DNA of 64,000 nucleotides, from NCBI GenBank assembly GCA_016928025.1, contig JAFGLN010000063.1, forward strand, positions 716 to 64,715, in the 5' to 3' direction. Each line of letters begins with the position of its first letter. Position 1 is the stretch's first letter. The DNA is from Deltaproteobacteria bacterium (lineage in GTDB: Bacteria > Desulfobacterota > Syntrophia > Syntrophales > JAFGHS01). Shown piece after piece: positions 27,202 through 37,182 of the stretch. A program made the translations under genes and the position numbers. The notes under the pieces are model-generated. The model saw only the letters and a list, made by a program, of their open reading frames with translations. It ran no database searches and was not told the DNA's origin.

Positions 27202-27606
27202 ATGACACAAGCAATCAGCAACTATATGGGTGCCACGGGCATTGGTGTGAGCGACCTGAAACGGTCGATGGATTTCTATATGAATGTCTTTGGACTGAAG
27301 AAAATTTGGAAATTGAAGTTGCCACAAATGCATGAGATAATTTTAAATTTTGAAGGCGAGCAGAAGGCATCGGTTGTGCTGATGCACTATGTTGATGGGT
27401 CCAATCCCAATTATAAGAATAATCCGGTGAAACTGGTGTTTTATGTTACGGACCCGAAGGCATGCATTGAAAAAATTCGTGGGGAAGGCTTGGAAATTGT
27501 CCGCGAGGCGACTCCAGTGCCGGAATTGCGAAATGCTGTCGTTGGTTTGGCGAAAGACCCGGATGGATATTTACTGGAGATTTTGCAATCGGCGGCGCCG
27601 TTATAA
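27202..27606 (+). CDS. VOC/glyoxalase-family protein
   Basis: 134 aa. GIGVSDLKRSMDFYMNVFGL is a VOC N-terminal motif, and the C-terminus has DPDGYLLEI. Confidence 0.8.
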   Translation: MTQAISNYMGATGIGVSDLKRSMDFYMNVFGLKKIWKLKLPQMHEIILNFEGEQKASVVLMHYVDGSNPNYKNNPVKLVFYVTDPKACIEKIRGEGLEIVREATPVPELRNAVVGLAKDPDGYLLEILQSAAPL

Positions 27607-27612
27607 AACTGA

Positions 27613-27631
27613 GGTTCAAGGAGCATGGTTC
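27613..27631. repeat. GGTTCAAGGRGCATGGTTC motif, copy 2
   Basis: ggttcaaggagcatggttc, 7 nt after the stop at 27606. It matches copy 1 at 18 of 19 positions. Confidence 0.5.
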
Positions 27632-27758
27632 AGGATCATATTAACAGCTGTTACGGCAGGAATTCGGAATTTTATATCGGTTCATTGTTACCTGATGCGA
27701 AATTGAGCTTATGGGAAAAATATTTTGTTGTCAAACCCAGCGAGGAGGTAGTTCGAGC

Positions 27759-28796
27759 ATGAAAGCAGCGATATTGGAAGGCGGTAAACTTGATATTAGA
27801 GATATTCCGAAGCCCAAAGCAAATTTTGAAGAGGCCGTTGTGAAGTTGTTGACAGCAGGGGTCTGCCATTCCGACGTGCATCTGGTAAAAGGCGACTGGC
27901 CCCGTTTTGTTCAACCGTTCCCCATCCCCTTAGGGCACGAGGGCATCGGCATTGTCGAGGAACTGGGCCCCGGAGCGGAGAAATTTGTCCAGGTCGGTGA
28001 TCGCGTCATTCTGGGCCTCGGCGGTTCGGGCGGCGGTTACTGGTGCGGCGCCTGCGAATACTGTCTGAGCGGCCGGCCCCGACTTTGCAGGCAGGCAAAG
28101 CCAATCCTCGGTGCTTACGCCGAGTATATTTCCCTCTGGGCAAAATCATTGGTGAAACTGCCGGATTCCGTCAGCAATGATGAAGTATCCCTGGCGTGCG
28201 GCGGTTTGACCAGCTATAGTGCCGTCAAAAAGTTTCTCAGGTTTGGCGTTCTACCCGGCAAGCCGGTCGCTATCATCGGAGCGGCGGGCGGTCTCGGACA
28301 CTATGGCGTACAGGTGGCCAAGGCGTTCGGTTTCAAGGTGGTGGGCGTCGATGTCGGCCGGGATAAGATCGATTTCATCAAGAGCCTGGGTGTCGACTAT
28401 GCCGTCGATGCCGGAGAAGCCATACCGTTCGTCAAGAAACAACTGGGCGGCGGGGTTTACGGCAGCGTTGTTTTTGCGCCGAAAATCTCCGGTTTTGAAC
28501 TGGGGTTGAAGATCATGCGTCCGGGCGGAATATTTATCGGCGTCGGTATGCCGGCGGCCAGCGAAGGCGGTATGGAAATTAACCCCTTGGAGCTGCTCGG
28601 CAGGGATCCGATTATCATGTCGTCAGCCGTCGGCACGGTGGAGGAAATGCGTGAAGTGGTGCAGCTTTGCGCCGACGGAAAGGTGAAAAGTCATGTCAGC
28701 AGGCGCGCGCCACTGTCTCAGGTCATGACTGTCCTTGAAGAGTTGGAGAAAGCCGCCTATCCCGGACGGGCGATCCTGAACGATATGGCCAACTAA
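27759..28796 (+). CDS. zinc-dependent alcohol dehydrogenase (MDR family), paralogue 1
   Basis: ATG at 27759 after gaggagg. Motifs GVCHSDVH, GHEGIG, the structural-Zn CGACEYCLSGRPRLC, and the NAD fold IIGAAGGLGH. Confidence 0.9.
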   Translation: MKAAILEGGKLDIRDIPKPKANFEEAVVKLLTAGVCHSDVHLVKGDWPRFVQPFPIPLGHEGIGIVEELGPGAEKFVQVGDRVILGLGGSGGGYWCGACEYCLSGRPRLCRQAKPILGAYAEYISLWAKSLVKLPDSVSNDEVSLACGGLTSYSAVKKFLRFGVLPGKPVAIIGAAGGLGHYGVQVAKAFGFKVVGVDVGRDKIDFIKSLGVDYAVDAGEAIPFVKKQLGGGVYGSVVFAPKISGFELGLKIMRPGGIFIGVGMPAASEGGMEINPLELLGRDPIIMSSAVGTVEEMREVVQLCADGKVKSHVSRRAPLSQVMTVLEELEKAAYPGRAILNDMAN

Positions 28797-28815
28797 TATC
28801 CCAGAAAGATAAAGC

Positions 28816-28856
28816 AAAAAAGGTCCGGAGAAATTATTCTCCGGACCTTTTTTTGT
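28816..28856 (+). terminator. rho-independent terminator
   Basis: aaaaaggtccggag-aaattatt-ctccggaccttttttt. Confidence 0.85.
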
Positions 28857-29019
28857 GCCGTTTTTCAGGAGGATAAGGGCGCGATCTCAAGCCAGTCATA
28901 TCTTCAGGAATCAGAAAAGATGGCAGGGAAAAGAAGGAATTCTTGCATTTTTTTCTTGCCTGGTGGTAGAGAATGAGGGGTAACAATTCAGGGTTCATGA
29001 CAAGGAGGTAATATACGAC

Positions 29020-30060
29020 ATGAAAGCTGCTATGATTGTGGAAGGCAACAGACTGGAGATCCAAGAAGTTCCGAAACCCGTGCCGGCGTTTGAAGAGGCG
29101 TTGGTGAAGATTATCACGGCAGGCGTCTGCCATTCTGATGTGCATTTGGTGAAGGGAGACTGGCCGCGGTTCATTCAGTCTTTTCCCTCTCCCGTGGGAC
29201 ATGAGGGTATCGGGATCGTCGAAGAGTTGGGCCCTGGGGCGGATAAAATTGTCCGGATCGGCGATCGGGTTATTTTGGGCCTTGGCGGTGCCGGCGGTGC
29301 CTACTGGTGCGGCGCTTGCGAGTACTGCCTGAGCGGTAGACCCCGGCTCTGCCGGCAGGCCAAAGGCGTCCGAGGCGTCTATGCCGAATACATATCGCTC
29401 TGGGCGAAAGCCTTGGTCAAACTGCCCGCTGCCGTCAGTAATGATGAGGTGTCCCTGGCCTGCGGCGGTTTAACCAGTTACAGCGCCGTCAAAAAGTTTC
29501 TCCGGTTCGACATCCTTCCCGGAAAGACGGTTGCGATCATTGGGGCCGCGGGTGGTCTCGGCCACTATGCCGTCCAGTCGGCCAAGGCATTCGGTTTTAA
29601 AGTCCTCGGTATCGATGTGGGGCCGGATAAAATAGATTTTATTAAAGGTCTGGGTGCGGATTATGCTGTGGATGCCGCGGACGCCCGCCGCTTCGTCAAA
29701 GAGGAACTGGGTGGCGGGGTTTATGGCAGCGTCGTTTTTGCAACGAAGATTCCCGCCTTCGAATTGGGATTAAAACTCCTGCGTCCGGGCGGCATTTTTA
29801 TCAGTGTCGGGATGCCGGCGGCCAGTGAAGGCGGCATCGAAATCAGTCCGCTGGAGCTGCTGGGCAGGGATCCGATCATTATGTCATCGGCCGTCGGCAC
29901 GGTGGAGGAAATGCGTGAGCTGGTGCAACTGTGCGCCGATGGTAAAGTGAAAAGCCATATCAGCCGGCGGGCGCCGTTGTCTCAGCTCGCGGATGTGCTG
30001 GATGAACTGGACAGGGCCGCCTACCCCGGCCGGGCCATCCTGACGGATATGGCCCATTAA
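29020..30060 (+). CDS. zinc-dependent alcohol dehydrogenase (MDR family), paralogue 2
   Basis: 346 aa. It has the same motifs as paralogue 1 and is roughly four-fifths identical to it by eye along the whole length. Confidence 0.9.
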   Translation: MKAAMIVEGNRLEIQEVPKPVPAFEEALVKIITAGVCHSDVHLVKGDWPRFIQSFPSPVGHEGIGIVEELGPGADKIVRIGDRVILGLGGAGGAYWCGACEYCLSGRPRLCRQAKGVRGVYAEYISLWAKALVKLPAAVSNDEVSLACGGLTSYSAVKKFLRFDILPGKTVAIIGAAGGLGHYAVQSAKAFGFKVLGIDVGPDKIDFIKGLGADYAVDAADARRFVKEELGGGVYGSVVFATKIPAFELGLKLLRPGGIFISVGMPAASEGGIEISPLELLGRDPIIMSSAVGTVEEMRELVQLCADGKVKSHISRRAPLSQLADVLDELDRAAYPGRAILTDMAH

Positions 30061-30082
30061 CGCTTTGAAGAAAATCAATTTG

Positions 30083-30114
30083 AGTCCGGAGTATTCATTC
30101 TCCGGACTTTTTTG
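30083..30114 (+). terminator. rho-independent terminator
   Basis: agtccggag-tattcatt-ctccggactttttt has the same stem core as the terminator at 28816. Confidence 0.85.
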
Positions 30115-30204
30115 AATATCATTTTTCGGGCAAAAAGGGGCGGCGTTCAATGGCCGGTCATGTGAGGACATTTTTAATCAATATAGATAAAGGGGGAAAG
30201 GATT

Positions 30205-31920
30205 ATGACGGAAAAGTTTAGCTATCCTGAGTACACCAAGCATTACCCGTTACTGGTCAGAAATGTTATGAGGCGACCGCTGTACAATTACCCGGACGAT
30301 ATTGCCATGGTCTACCGGAACGATGCCGGACAGTATTACCGCCTGACCTGGCGGCAGTGGCATGAACGCACCTGTCAATTGGCGCATGCCCTGAAGGTGC
30401 TGGATGTCAAGGAGGGCGACCGGATCGCCACCATGGCGCTCAATCACCACTGGCATATGGAAAACATCTATGCGACCATTTGTTCGGGGGCTATTTCTCA
30501 TCCGATCAATATCCGCTTGTCTCTGGAGCACATGATTTACACCATCAATCACGCGGAGGATAAGATCATCTTTTTCGACAATGATATCAAACCGCTGGTG
30601 GAAGCGCTCTATGACCGGATCAAGGATACCGTCAAGGCCTTCGTCTATATGTCGGAAAAGCCGGGACTGCCGGAAACGAAGATCGCGCCCTTGTATGAAT
30701 ATGAAGAACTGATCAAAGATCAGCCCAAACAGTATGACTGGCCGGATCTGGACGAGGATACGCATGCCGTCCTCTATTACACGACCGGCACGACGGGATT
30801 ACCGAAGGGTGCCCTGTACACGAACCGGCAGGTTTACCTGCACTGTATCCACGGCGTAGCGACATCGGGTCTGATGGCAAGGCTGCCTGACGATCCGCCG
30901 AAGCCCAATCAGAACATTCCCATGATGAATGTTCCCCTGTTTCACATCCATGCCTGGGGGACACCTTTTCAGTATGTCTATTCCGCATCCAAAATTATAT
31001 TTCCCGGGAAATTTACCCCCGAGAGTTTCTGCGAACTGGTGCAGAACGAGAAGGTCAACATGACGGCCATGGTACCGACCATGCTGGCCATGATCGTCGA
31101 ATACGGGGATATCGATAAATGGGACTTGAGCAGCCTGACCAATATCTCCATCGGCGGTGGCGCTCTGCCTCTCGGTTTGAAGCGAAAAGCGGAAAAGCTC
31201 TTTCCTCAGATGCGGGCAGGGTCCGGCTACGGCATGACGGAGACTTTGGCGGGTGTCATCGGGGCTTCCATTAGACGGGAAATGGTGGACTGGCCGAAGG
31301 AAAAGATTGACCAGACCCTGGTCAAGACCGGCTTGGCCGGCGTGCCGGCCATTGAGGCAAGAGTGATCGATGAAAAGGCTAACGATGTGCCCCATGATAA
31401 CGAGACAATGGGTGAAATTGTTCTTCGGGGGCATTGGATTATGGAACAGTATTTTAAGGACCCCGAAAGAACGGCGCAAATGTGGCGCGATGGCTGGTTC
31501 CACACGGGAGATATGGCCAAGATTGATGAAGAAGGTTATATCATCATTGCCGACCGGATTACCGACGTCATCCGGAGCGGATCGGAGATGGTGCCGACGG
31601 TTCTTCTGGAAAACCTGACGGGCAATGCGGAATTTGTTTTAGAGGCCACTTACGTTGGTGTGCCTGATGAAAAATGGGGAGAAATTCCCATGGCCCTGGT
31701 TAAAAAGCTGCCCGATGCCCGGGAGACGGAAGAGGATATTCTGAAATTCCTGCAGGTCCATGGGGTGGATGCGGGGAAAATCACCAAGTGGATGCTTCCT
31801 GTATATGTTGCTTTTGTAGACGAGATTCCGAAGACCAGTGTGGGCAAGTTCGACAAGATTGCCGTCCGTAAAAGGATTGATGAGTTCAAGGCCAAAGCCA
31901 AGCGGGTGCGTCTGACGTGA
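30205..31920 (+). CDS. AMP-dependent acyl-CoA synthetase (fatty-acid--CoA ligase family)
   Basis: 571 aa. Motifs YTTGTTGLPKGA, GYGMTE, WFHTGDMAKIDEEGYIIIADR, and PKTSVGKFDK. Confidence 0.9.
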   Translation: MTEKFSYPEYTKHYPLLVRNVMRRPLYNYPDDIAMVYRNDAGQYYRLTWRQWHERTCQLAHALKVLDVKEGDRIATMALNHHWHMENIYATICSGAISHPINIRLSLEHMIYTINHAEDKIIFFDNDIKPLVEALYDRIKDTVKAFVYMSEKPGLPETKIAPLYEYEELIKDQPKQYDWPDLDEDTHAVLYYTTGTTGLPKGALYTNRQVYLHCIHGVATSGLMARLPDDPPKPNQNIPMMNVPLFHIHAWGTPFQYVYSASKIIFPGKFTPESFCELVQNEKVNMTAMVPTMLAMIVEYGDIDKWDLSSLTNISIGGGALPLGLKRKAEKLFPQMRAGSGYGMTETLAGVIGASIRREMVDWPKEKIDQTLVKTGLAGVPAIEARVIDEKANDVPHDNETMGEIVLRGHWIMEQYFKDPERTAQMWRDGWFHTGDMAKIDEEGYIIIADRITDVIRSGSEMVPTVLLENLTGNAEFVLEATYVGVPDEKWGEIPMALVKKLPDARETEEDILKFLQVHGVDAGKITKWMLPVYVAFVDEIPKTSVGKFDKIAVRKRIDEFKAKAKRVRLT

Positions 31921-31946
31921 CGTAACGTTCGGATGATAAGAATAAT

Positions 31947-31979
31947 AATGCCGGATGTCGGTATAGGCTATCCGGCATT
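31947..31979. terminator. bidirectional hairpin between convergent genes
   Basis: 10-bp stem aatgccggat...atccggcatt with T-rich flanks in both orientations. Confidence 0.5.
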
Positions 31980-32099
31980 TCCTCATTTCTTTTCTACTTC
32001 CCGTGTCGCTCCCCCGACTATTACGCACCATTCGATAAGGATTCGATAAAAAATAAACCCTTGGCCCTTCGAAGCCCGGAATCATTGAATTCCGTTGAA

Positions 32100-33764
32100 T
32101 TAATAAGATCGTGCCGATAAGATATCTTTGAAATAGTGATTAAAGATTTCTTCCTGTTCGTCCAGAATATCGTTCAGGATTTTTGTATCCGTCATAGGGT
32201 TCATCAGGACGCACCGGAAGACGACAATGTCGCGGTTAAAGAGGCGCTTCAAGTGCAGTGTCGTTCTGGAAACGAAGCTGTGCCCCGCTTCGCGCTGGCA
32301 TCGCTGGATATGCTGATTGATGTAGTTCAGCGTTTCATTGATTTCATGTCTTTCCTGCTGACTGGCCGTCAGGAATTTCTCCTGAATATACAAGGGGCAG
32401 ATTCGATAGGTCAGGATATTGAGTTCCGGAGGTGAAATCAGCTGGAAGAGGGGGCGTTTTTTGATTTCTTTGGCGAATGCCTTGGCCGTTTCGATACCGT
32501 GGTCGATCAGCAATTCGAAACCTTTGCTGCCCATGATCTTCAAGGTGCTGTCCAGTATGAGGGAATTGGCTTCCCGGGAGCCGGACAATGATCTAATGCC
32601 CAGATCCACGGATCCCGGCCGGTTGACATAACGGGCATGATAGGCGATATAATCCATCTTATGGGGATCCTTAAAATAGACCATCCCGCAGGTCATGGGC
32701 ATGTAAAATTGTTTGTGGCCGTCAATGGTGACGGAATCGGCTTTTTCGATGCCCTTCAATAAACATCCGTATTTTTCCGACATCAGGGTCGGGCCTCCCC
32801 ATGCCGCATCGATGTGGTAATGGATACCCTTTTCCGCGCAAATGTCCGCGATCTGGTCGAGGGGATCGATATTGCCCGTTTCCGTTGTACCCGCGATGCC
32901 GATGACGGCAATGATCTTGTTCCGGCCTTTTTCGTTTTCTATTGTCCTGATGGCCTGCTTAAGCTCTTTGATGTTGAGTTTATTTCGGCTGTCCACGTCA
33001 ACGGGAATCAGATTTTGATTGCCGATGCCCAGCAGGCCGCAGGCCTTGGACAACGAATAATGCCCCAGGCGGGAGACCAGAATCACACCTCTGTCGATGC
33101 CGTATCGGCGATAGGCCGCCATGAGACCTTCGGCTTCGATCCCTTGAAAGCCGTCCGTCGGCGGCATGGCGGCGTTGCGGGCGACCCACAGGGCCGTTGT
33201 ATTGGCAAGGGTCCCGCCGTCCGTGAAGCAGCCCAGGGTTGTATCGGGATTTTGAATGTGTTCGTCGTAAAATGCATCGTCTTTTTGAAAAATAAGCCGG
33301 TGGATTTTGGCCAAGACCTGCTTTTCCACGACGGAAACAACTTTAGAGGTTTCCAGTTTGACGACATTCTGGTTCAGCGCTGCCGTAATGGTTTTCAGGT
33401 GAACCATAAAAAATGGAATGGCCGACGTCATATGGCCGATAAAATAAGGTGAAGCAATGTTCACCGCGTAAGGGGCGATGTTTTCGATCAGGTCCGTGAT
33501 CACGTCGGCAAGCTTTTTTTCGGGGTAGGGATTGATCCGGCTGTTTTTATATTGCTCGGCCAGATCCTTGATGCTGACTTCCTCGGTGATGCCGACGTGC
33601 TTGTTCAAAAAGCTGTGCAGACCGAAAAGGATCGGCTCCATGTACTTCAGCAAAATCGTTTTGGTTGCCTCGTTTTCCGGCTTGATGAACGTGCGAAGAA
33701 GCGTCTGCCAGTCGGCAACCAGTTGTTGTTGACTTGCCGTCATATTTTTATCCGCTGTGATCAT
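32100..33764 (-). CDS. group II pyridoxal-phosphate-dependent decarboxylase (possibly PanP-like aspartate 1-decarboxylase)
   Basis: 554 aa. SVTIDGHKQFYMP contains the PLP-Lys. GGTLANTTALWVARN and HIDAAWGG are group II decarboxylase motifs. The substrate is not determinable from sequence alone. Confidence 0.8.
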   Translation of the reverse strand: MITADKNMTASQQQLVADWQTLLRTFIKPENEATKTILLKYMEPILFGLHSFLNKHVGITEEVSIKDLAEQYKNSRINPYPEKKLADVITDLIENIAPYAVNIASPYFIGHMTSAIPFFMVHLKTITAALNQNVVKLETSKVVSVVEKQVLAKIHRLIFQKDDAFYDEHIQNPDTTLGCFTDGGTLANTTALWVARNAAMPPTDGFQGIEAEGLMAAYRRYGIDRGVILVSRLGHYSLSKACGLLGIGNQNLIPVDVDSRNKLNIKELKQAIRTIENEKGRNKIIAVIGIAGTTETGNIDPLDQIADICAEKGIHYHIDAAWGGPTLMSEKYGCLLKGIEKADSVTIDGHKQFYMPMTCGMVYFKDPHKMDYIAYHARYVNRPGSVDLGIRSLSGSREANSLILDSTLKIMGSKGFELLIDHGIETAKAFAKEIKKRPLFQLISPPELNILTYRICPLYIQEKFLTASQQERHEINETLNYINQHIQRCQREAGHSFVSRTTLHLKRLFNRDIVVFRCVLMNPMTDTKILNDILDEQEEIFNHYFKDILSARSY

Positions 33765-34006
33765 AGTAGCCCCTGTCCACTTTATATTTAAACGATACGA
33801 TATTTATTGCTTCAACTATTGCTATCAGTCCGTAAAGTCAACTAAAAAGGGAACAAAATGAATAAAATGTCATCATTTTTTTTACATTATACGCTCTTTG
33901 ATCAAAAATTCAAATTGTCTCGGGACTGTTGTTTTAACTCAATTTTTATTGTATATGATCTTCCACTTAACCAAGAAAGATTTTCTGTAACCTGGATCGT
34001 AATGAT

Positions 34007-34714
34007 ATGCATCTGAAAAGCGTAACCCTTCAAACAACGAAATACCCGTCAAAGGACTTCTATCCTTTCAATTTAGCCGTTTTGCAAAAAACGAAACACC
34101 TTGCCTTTAAAACGCCGGTCACCCTGTTTGTCGGCGAAAATGGTTCCGGAAAGTCAACATTGTTGCAGGCGATATCGTATGCTTGCGGAATTCATATCTG
34201 GCAGGAAGCGGATCGGGTCAGATTCAATGCCAATTACTACGAGGATAGACTTTGTGATTATTTATCCGTGGAGTGGAGCGATGGAAGGATCCTCGGGTCT
34301 TTTTTCGGCTCCGACGTCTTTCGTCATTTTCGCCAGCTTGTCGATGAGTGGGCCGCGGCCGATCCCGGCCAACTGGATTTTTTTGGCGGCAAGTCCTTAA
34401 TGACCCAGTCCCACGGCGAATCATTGATGTCTTTTTTCCGATCCCGTTACCGAATTAAAGGCCTTTATCTTTTGGATGAACCGGAAACAGCCCTTTCGCC
34501 CGGAAATCAATTAAAGCTTCTGGAATTTATGACGGAGGTAAGCGATGGCGGCGGTGCCCAGTTCATTATAGCTACCCACTCGCCCATCATTATGGCCTGT
34601 CCCCATGCCCTGATCTACGACTTCGATCAACATCCCGTCCGTCCGGTTGAATATGAGGAAACGGAACACTACCGCATTTACAAGAAATTCTTTCAAGATC
34701 GCCGTAAATCATGA
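34007..34714 (+). CDS. stand-alone AAA/ABC-like ATPase
   Basis: 235 aa. Walker A GENGSGKSTLLQAIS, a signature-like SHGES, Walker B LYLLDEPETALSP and an H-loop ATHSP. Confidence 0.75.
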   Translation: MHLKSVTLQTTKYPSKDFYPFNLAVLQKTKHLAFKTPVTLFVGENGSGKSTLLQAISYACGIHIWQEADRVRFNANYYEDRLCDYLSVEWSDGRILGSFFGSDVFRHFRQLVDEWAAADPGQLDFFGGKSLMTQSHGESLMSFFRSRYRIKGLYLLDEPETALSPGNQLKLLEFMTEVSDGGGAQFIIATHSPIIMACPHALIYDFDQHPVRPVEYEETEHYRIYKKFFQDRRKS

Positions 34715-34781
34715 GAAAGGATTCAAAGACTCCCCGGTTTCAACGGCAGATATTTCATCCGGCAAGTTTCGATCTTTTTGT

Positions 34782-36422
34782 TTACCAGGGATCGACATAG
34801 TTATGGGCGGTCTCACGATGACTTGCTGGAGGAGCCGACCTCAAACCCTGCATAATCCATTTTCTGGTATCCGCCGGATCGATGACCGCATCGATTTCCA
34901 GATGGGCCGCCGCATTGATGGCCTTTCCCCTTTCATAGGACCGGGCCACCAGTTCGTTGAAGAGAGTTTCACGTTCCTGCGGGTCTTTGACGGCTTCCAA
35001 CTCCTTCCGATATCCGGCCCGCACGGCCCCTTCGAGCCCCATGCCACCGAATTCACCTGTCGGCCAGGCGGTGGTAAAGAGAGATTCGTGGAAACCGCCC
35101 TTCGCCATGGCCATGACGCCGAGGCCGTATGCCCGCCGCAAAATAATCGTGAAGTAAGGAACCGTCACATGGGCTCCGACGACAAACATCCGGCAAACAT
35201 GCCGTACCTGCGCCTGTTTTTCGATGTCCGGTCCGACCATGAATCCCGGCGTGTCGCAAAGGGACAGAATCGGCAGGCCGTGCGCGTTGCAAAGCTGCAT
35301 AAAGCGGGCTATTTTGTCCGCGTCGTCCGCTTCGATGGCACCGCCCGTGTGCTTGCAGTTGGTGGCGATAACCCCGAAGGGACGCCCCTCGATTCTTAAC
35401 AGGCCTGTGACCGCACCCTGGCCGAACTTTGCCCTTATTTCCAGAAACGAGTCCGTATCGGCGATGGTTTTGATGATGGTCCTTACCTCATAGACGCGGC
35501 GGCGGTTCTCCGGAACCAGCTGGCGCAGAGTCGTCTGATCGACAGCTTCCCATTGGGAGATCGGTCCTTGAAAGTAGGAGAGATATTTTTTCCCGACGGC
35601 CACCATCTCTTCGTCATCTTCGACTTCGATGTCCACCACGCCGCTTTTTGTCTGGACATCCATCGGTCCCACGTCTTCCGGTTTGAAAACGCCCAGGCCG
35701 CCGCCTTCGATCATCACCGGTCCGCCCATGCCGATGCTGGAATTTTTAGCGGCGATGATGACGTCACAACATCCGAGCAGGGCCGCGTTTCCGGCAAAGC
35801 AGTAACCCGACACCAGACCGACCATGGGAACCCGGCCGCTTAGACTGGCAAATGAGGCGAAGGTGGACAGATCGAGCCCCGCAACCTGGACCCCGCCGGC
35901 ATCCACGTCGCCCGGTCTGCCGCCGCCGCCCTCGGCGAAAAAAACCAGCGGCAGTCTTTCATCATAGGCCAGTTTCAGCATGCGATCGATCTTCTTGTGG
36001 TTGAAAAATCCCTGGGTGCCGGCCAGGACCGTATAGTCATAAGCAATAATCATGCTGCGGGCTTTGTCTTCTTCGAAGAGCGAACCGTTTACGGAGCCGA
36101 GGCCGGCGATCATCCCATCCCCCGGCGTTCTCTCGATCAGATCATCCAGGGCCCGGCGTCCCCGCTGGGCGGCAATAGTCAGAGCGCCGTATTCAATAAA
36201 ACGGTCTTGATCGCAGAGGTCTTCTATATTGGCGCGTGCCGTGCGCTGCTTCTTTGCCTGTCGCTTTGCCACGGCATCGGGGCGATTTTCATCCAGACCG
36301 AATGAATGCCGATAGACGACCTCGGCCAGTTCGGGGCGAATCGGATTCTTGTCGGTTTGGCTGTCAACGGCCGGGGTGCTTTTCCCCGCCGCCGCTTCTT
36401 CTTGACTCTTAGATTTTGTCAT
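34782..36422 (-). CDS. acyl-CoA carboxylase/decarboxylase carboxyltransferase subunit
   Basis: 546 aa with two crotonase-like CT halves: FFAEGGGGRPGD, GPVMIEGGGLG and LCDTPGFMVG. Confidence 0.85.
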   Translation of the reverse strand: MTKSKSQEEAAAGKSTPAVDSQTDKNPIRPELAEVVYRHSFGLDENRPDAVAKRQAKKQRTARANIEDLCDQDRFIEYGALTIAAQRGRRALDDLIERTPGDGMIAGLGSVNGSLFEEDKARSMIIAYDYTVLAGTQGFFNHKKIDRMLKLAYDERLPLVFFAEGGGGRPGDVDAGGVQVAGLDLSTFASFASLSGRVPMVGLVSGYCFAGNAALLGCCDVIIAAKNSSIGMGGPVMIEGGGLGVFKPEDVGPMDVQTKSGVVDIEVEDDEEMVAVGKKYLSYFQGPISQWEAVDQTTLRQLVPENRRRVYEVRTIIKTIADTDSFLEIRAKFGQGAVTGLLRIEGRPFGVIATNCKHTGGAIEADDADKIARFMQLCNAHGLPILSLCDTPGFMVGPDIEKQAQVRHVCRMFVVGAHVTVPYFTIILRRAYGLGVMAMAKGGFHESLFTTAWPTGEFGGMGLEGAVRAGYRKELEAVKDPQERETLFNELVARSYERGKAINAAAHLEIDAVIDPADTRKWIMQGLRSAPPASHRETAHNYVDPW

Positions 36423-36684
36423 GCCTCATCCCTTTCCCTTGATTGATAATGTAAATTAATGGAAAATTTTATACAACAAACCTATACACAGATCAAGAAA
36501 ACCATGATTGGTGTGATTTGGACTTACGTTTTCAAAAGAAATGATAGACATATCAACATCGTTGATGTAAATTTTATAAGAAAATCAACACTCAAAAGGA
36601 CATTTCAGTTAAATAAAAATAGTTCCGAATGTCGCATTTTTGTGTGATATGGATAATTTTTGAATGAACAAAAGGGGATGGGTT

Positions 36685-37182
36685 ATGAAACGTTTCGTTG
36701 CATTTTTACTGATCTTGATTGTTTCATCATTGACGGGTATCGTGTCCGGCGCATCGGCAAAGGATATGACCGTTCAGGTCAATGAAACACAACTGCGGGC
36801 CATGCCGGCCTATTATGGTGCCGTCGTGTCCACCGTCAATTACGCGGACCGGCTGAGAGTCATTGAGCAGAAAGGTTCCTGGGTGAAAGCGGTCAGTCTG
36901 AGAACTAATGCCCAGGGTTGGGTTCATATATCCGCCCTGACCAGCAAGCGGCTGGCACCGAAGGCCGGCGCCGGAAGCGCGCCGACATCCGTCTCAACCG
37001 GGGAACTGAGTGCCGCGGAAAAGGGATTCACCGAACAGATTGAACGGGACTATCGGCGGAAGAACAGAAGTATCGATTTTACCTGGGTGGACAGGATGGA
37101 GCAGATTACCGTTACGCCTCAACAGAGTATGTCCTTTCTTTCGGAGGGAGGTCTCCGGCCTGCGGAAGGAGGTGTGCAATGA
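36685..37182 (+). CDS. secreted SH3b-domain protein
   Basis: Signal peptide MKRFVAFLLILIVSSLTGIVSGASA. VNETQLRAMP...DRLRVIEQKGSWVKAVS...GWVHISAL is a bacterial SH3-like pattern. Confidence 0.65.
   Translation: MKRFVAFLLILIVSSLTGIVSGASAKDMTVQVNETQLRAMPAYYGAVVSTVNYADRLRVIEQKGSWVKAVSLRTNAQGWVHISALTSKRLAPKAGAGSAPTSVSTGELSAAEKGFTEQIERDYRRKNRSIDFTWVDRMEQITVTPQQSMSFLSEGGLRPAEGGVQ

Noticed and set aside
34647-35399. 250-aa + strand ORF
   Set aside because: It is antisense to the carboxyltransferase gene, whose two CT domains are clearly recognisable.
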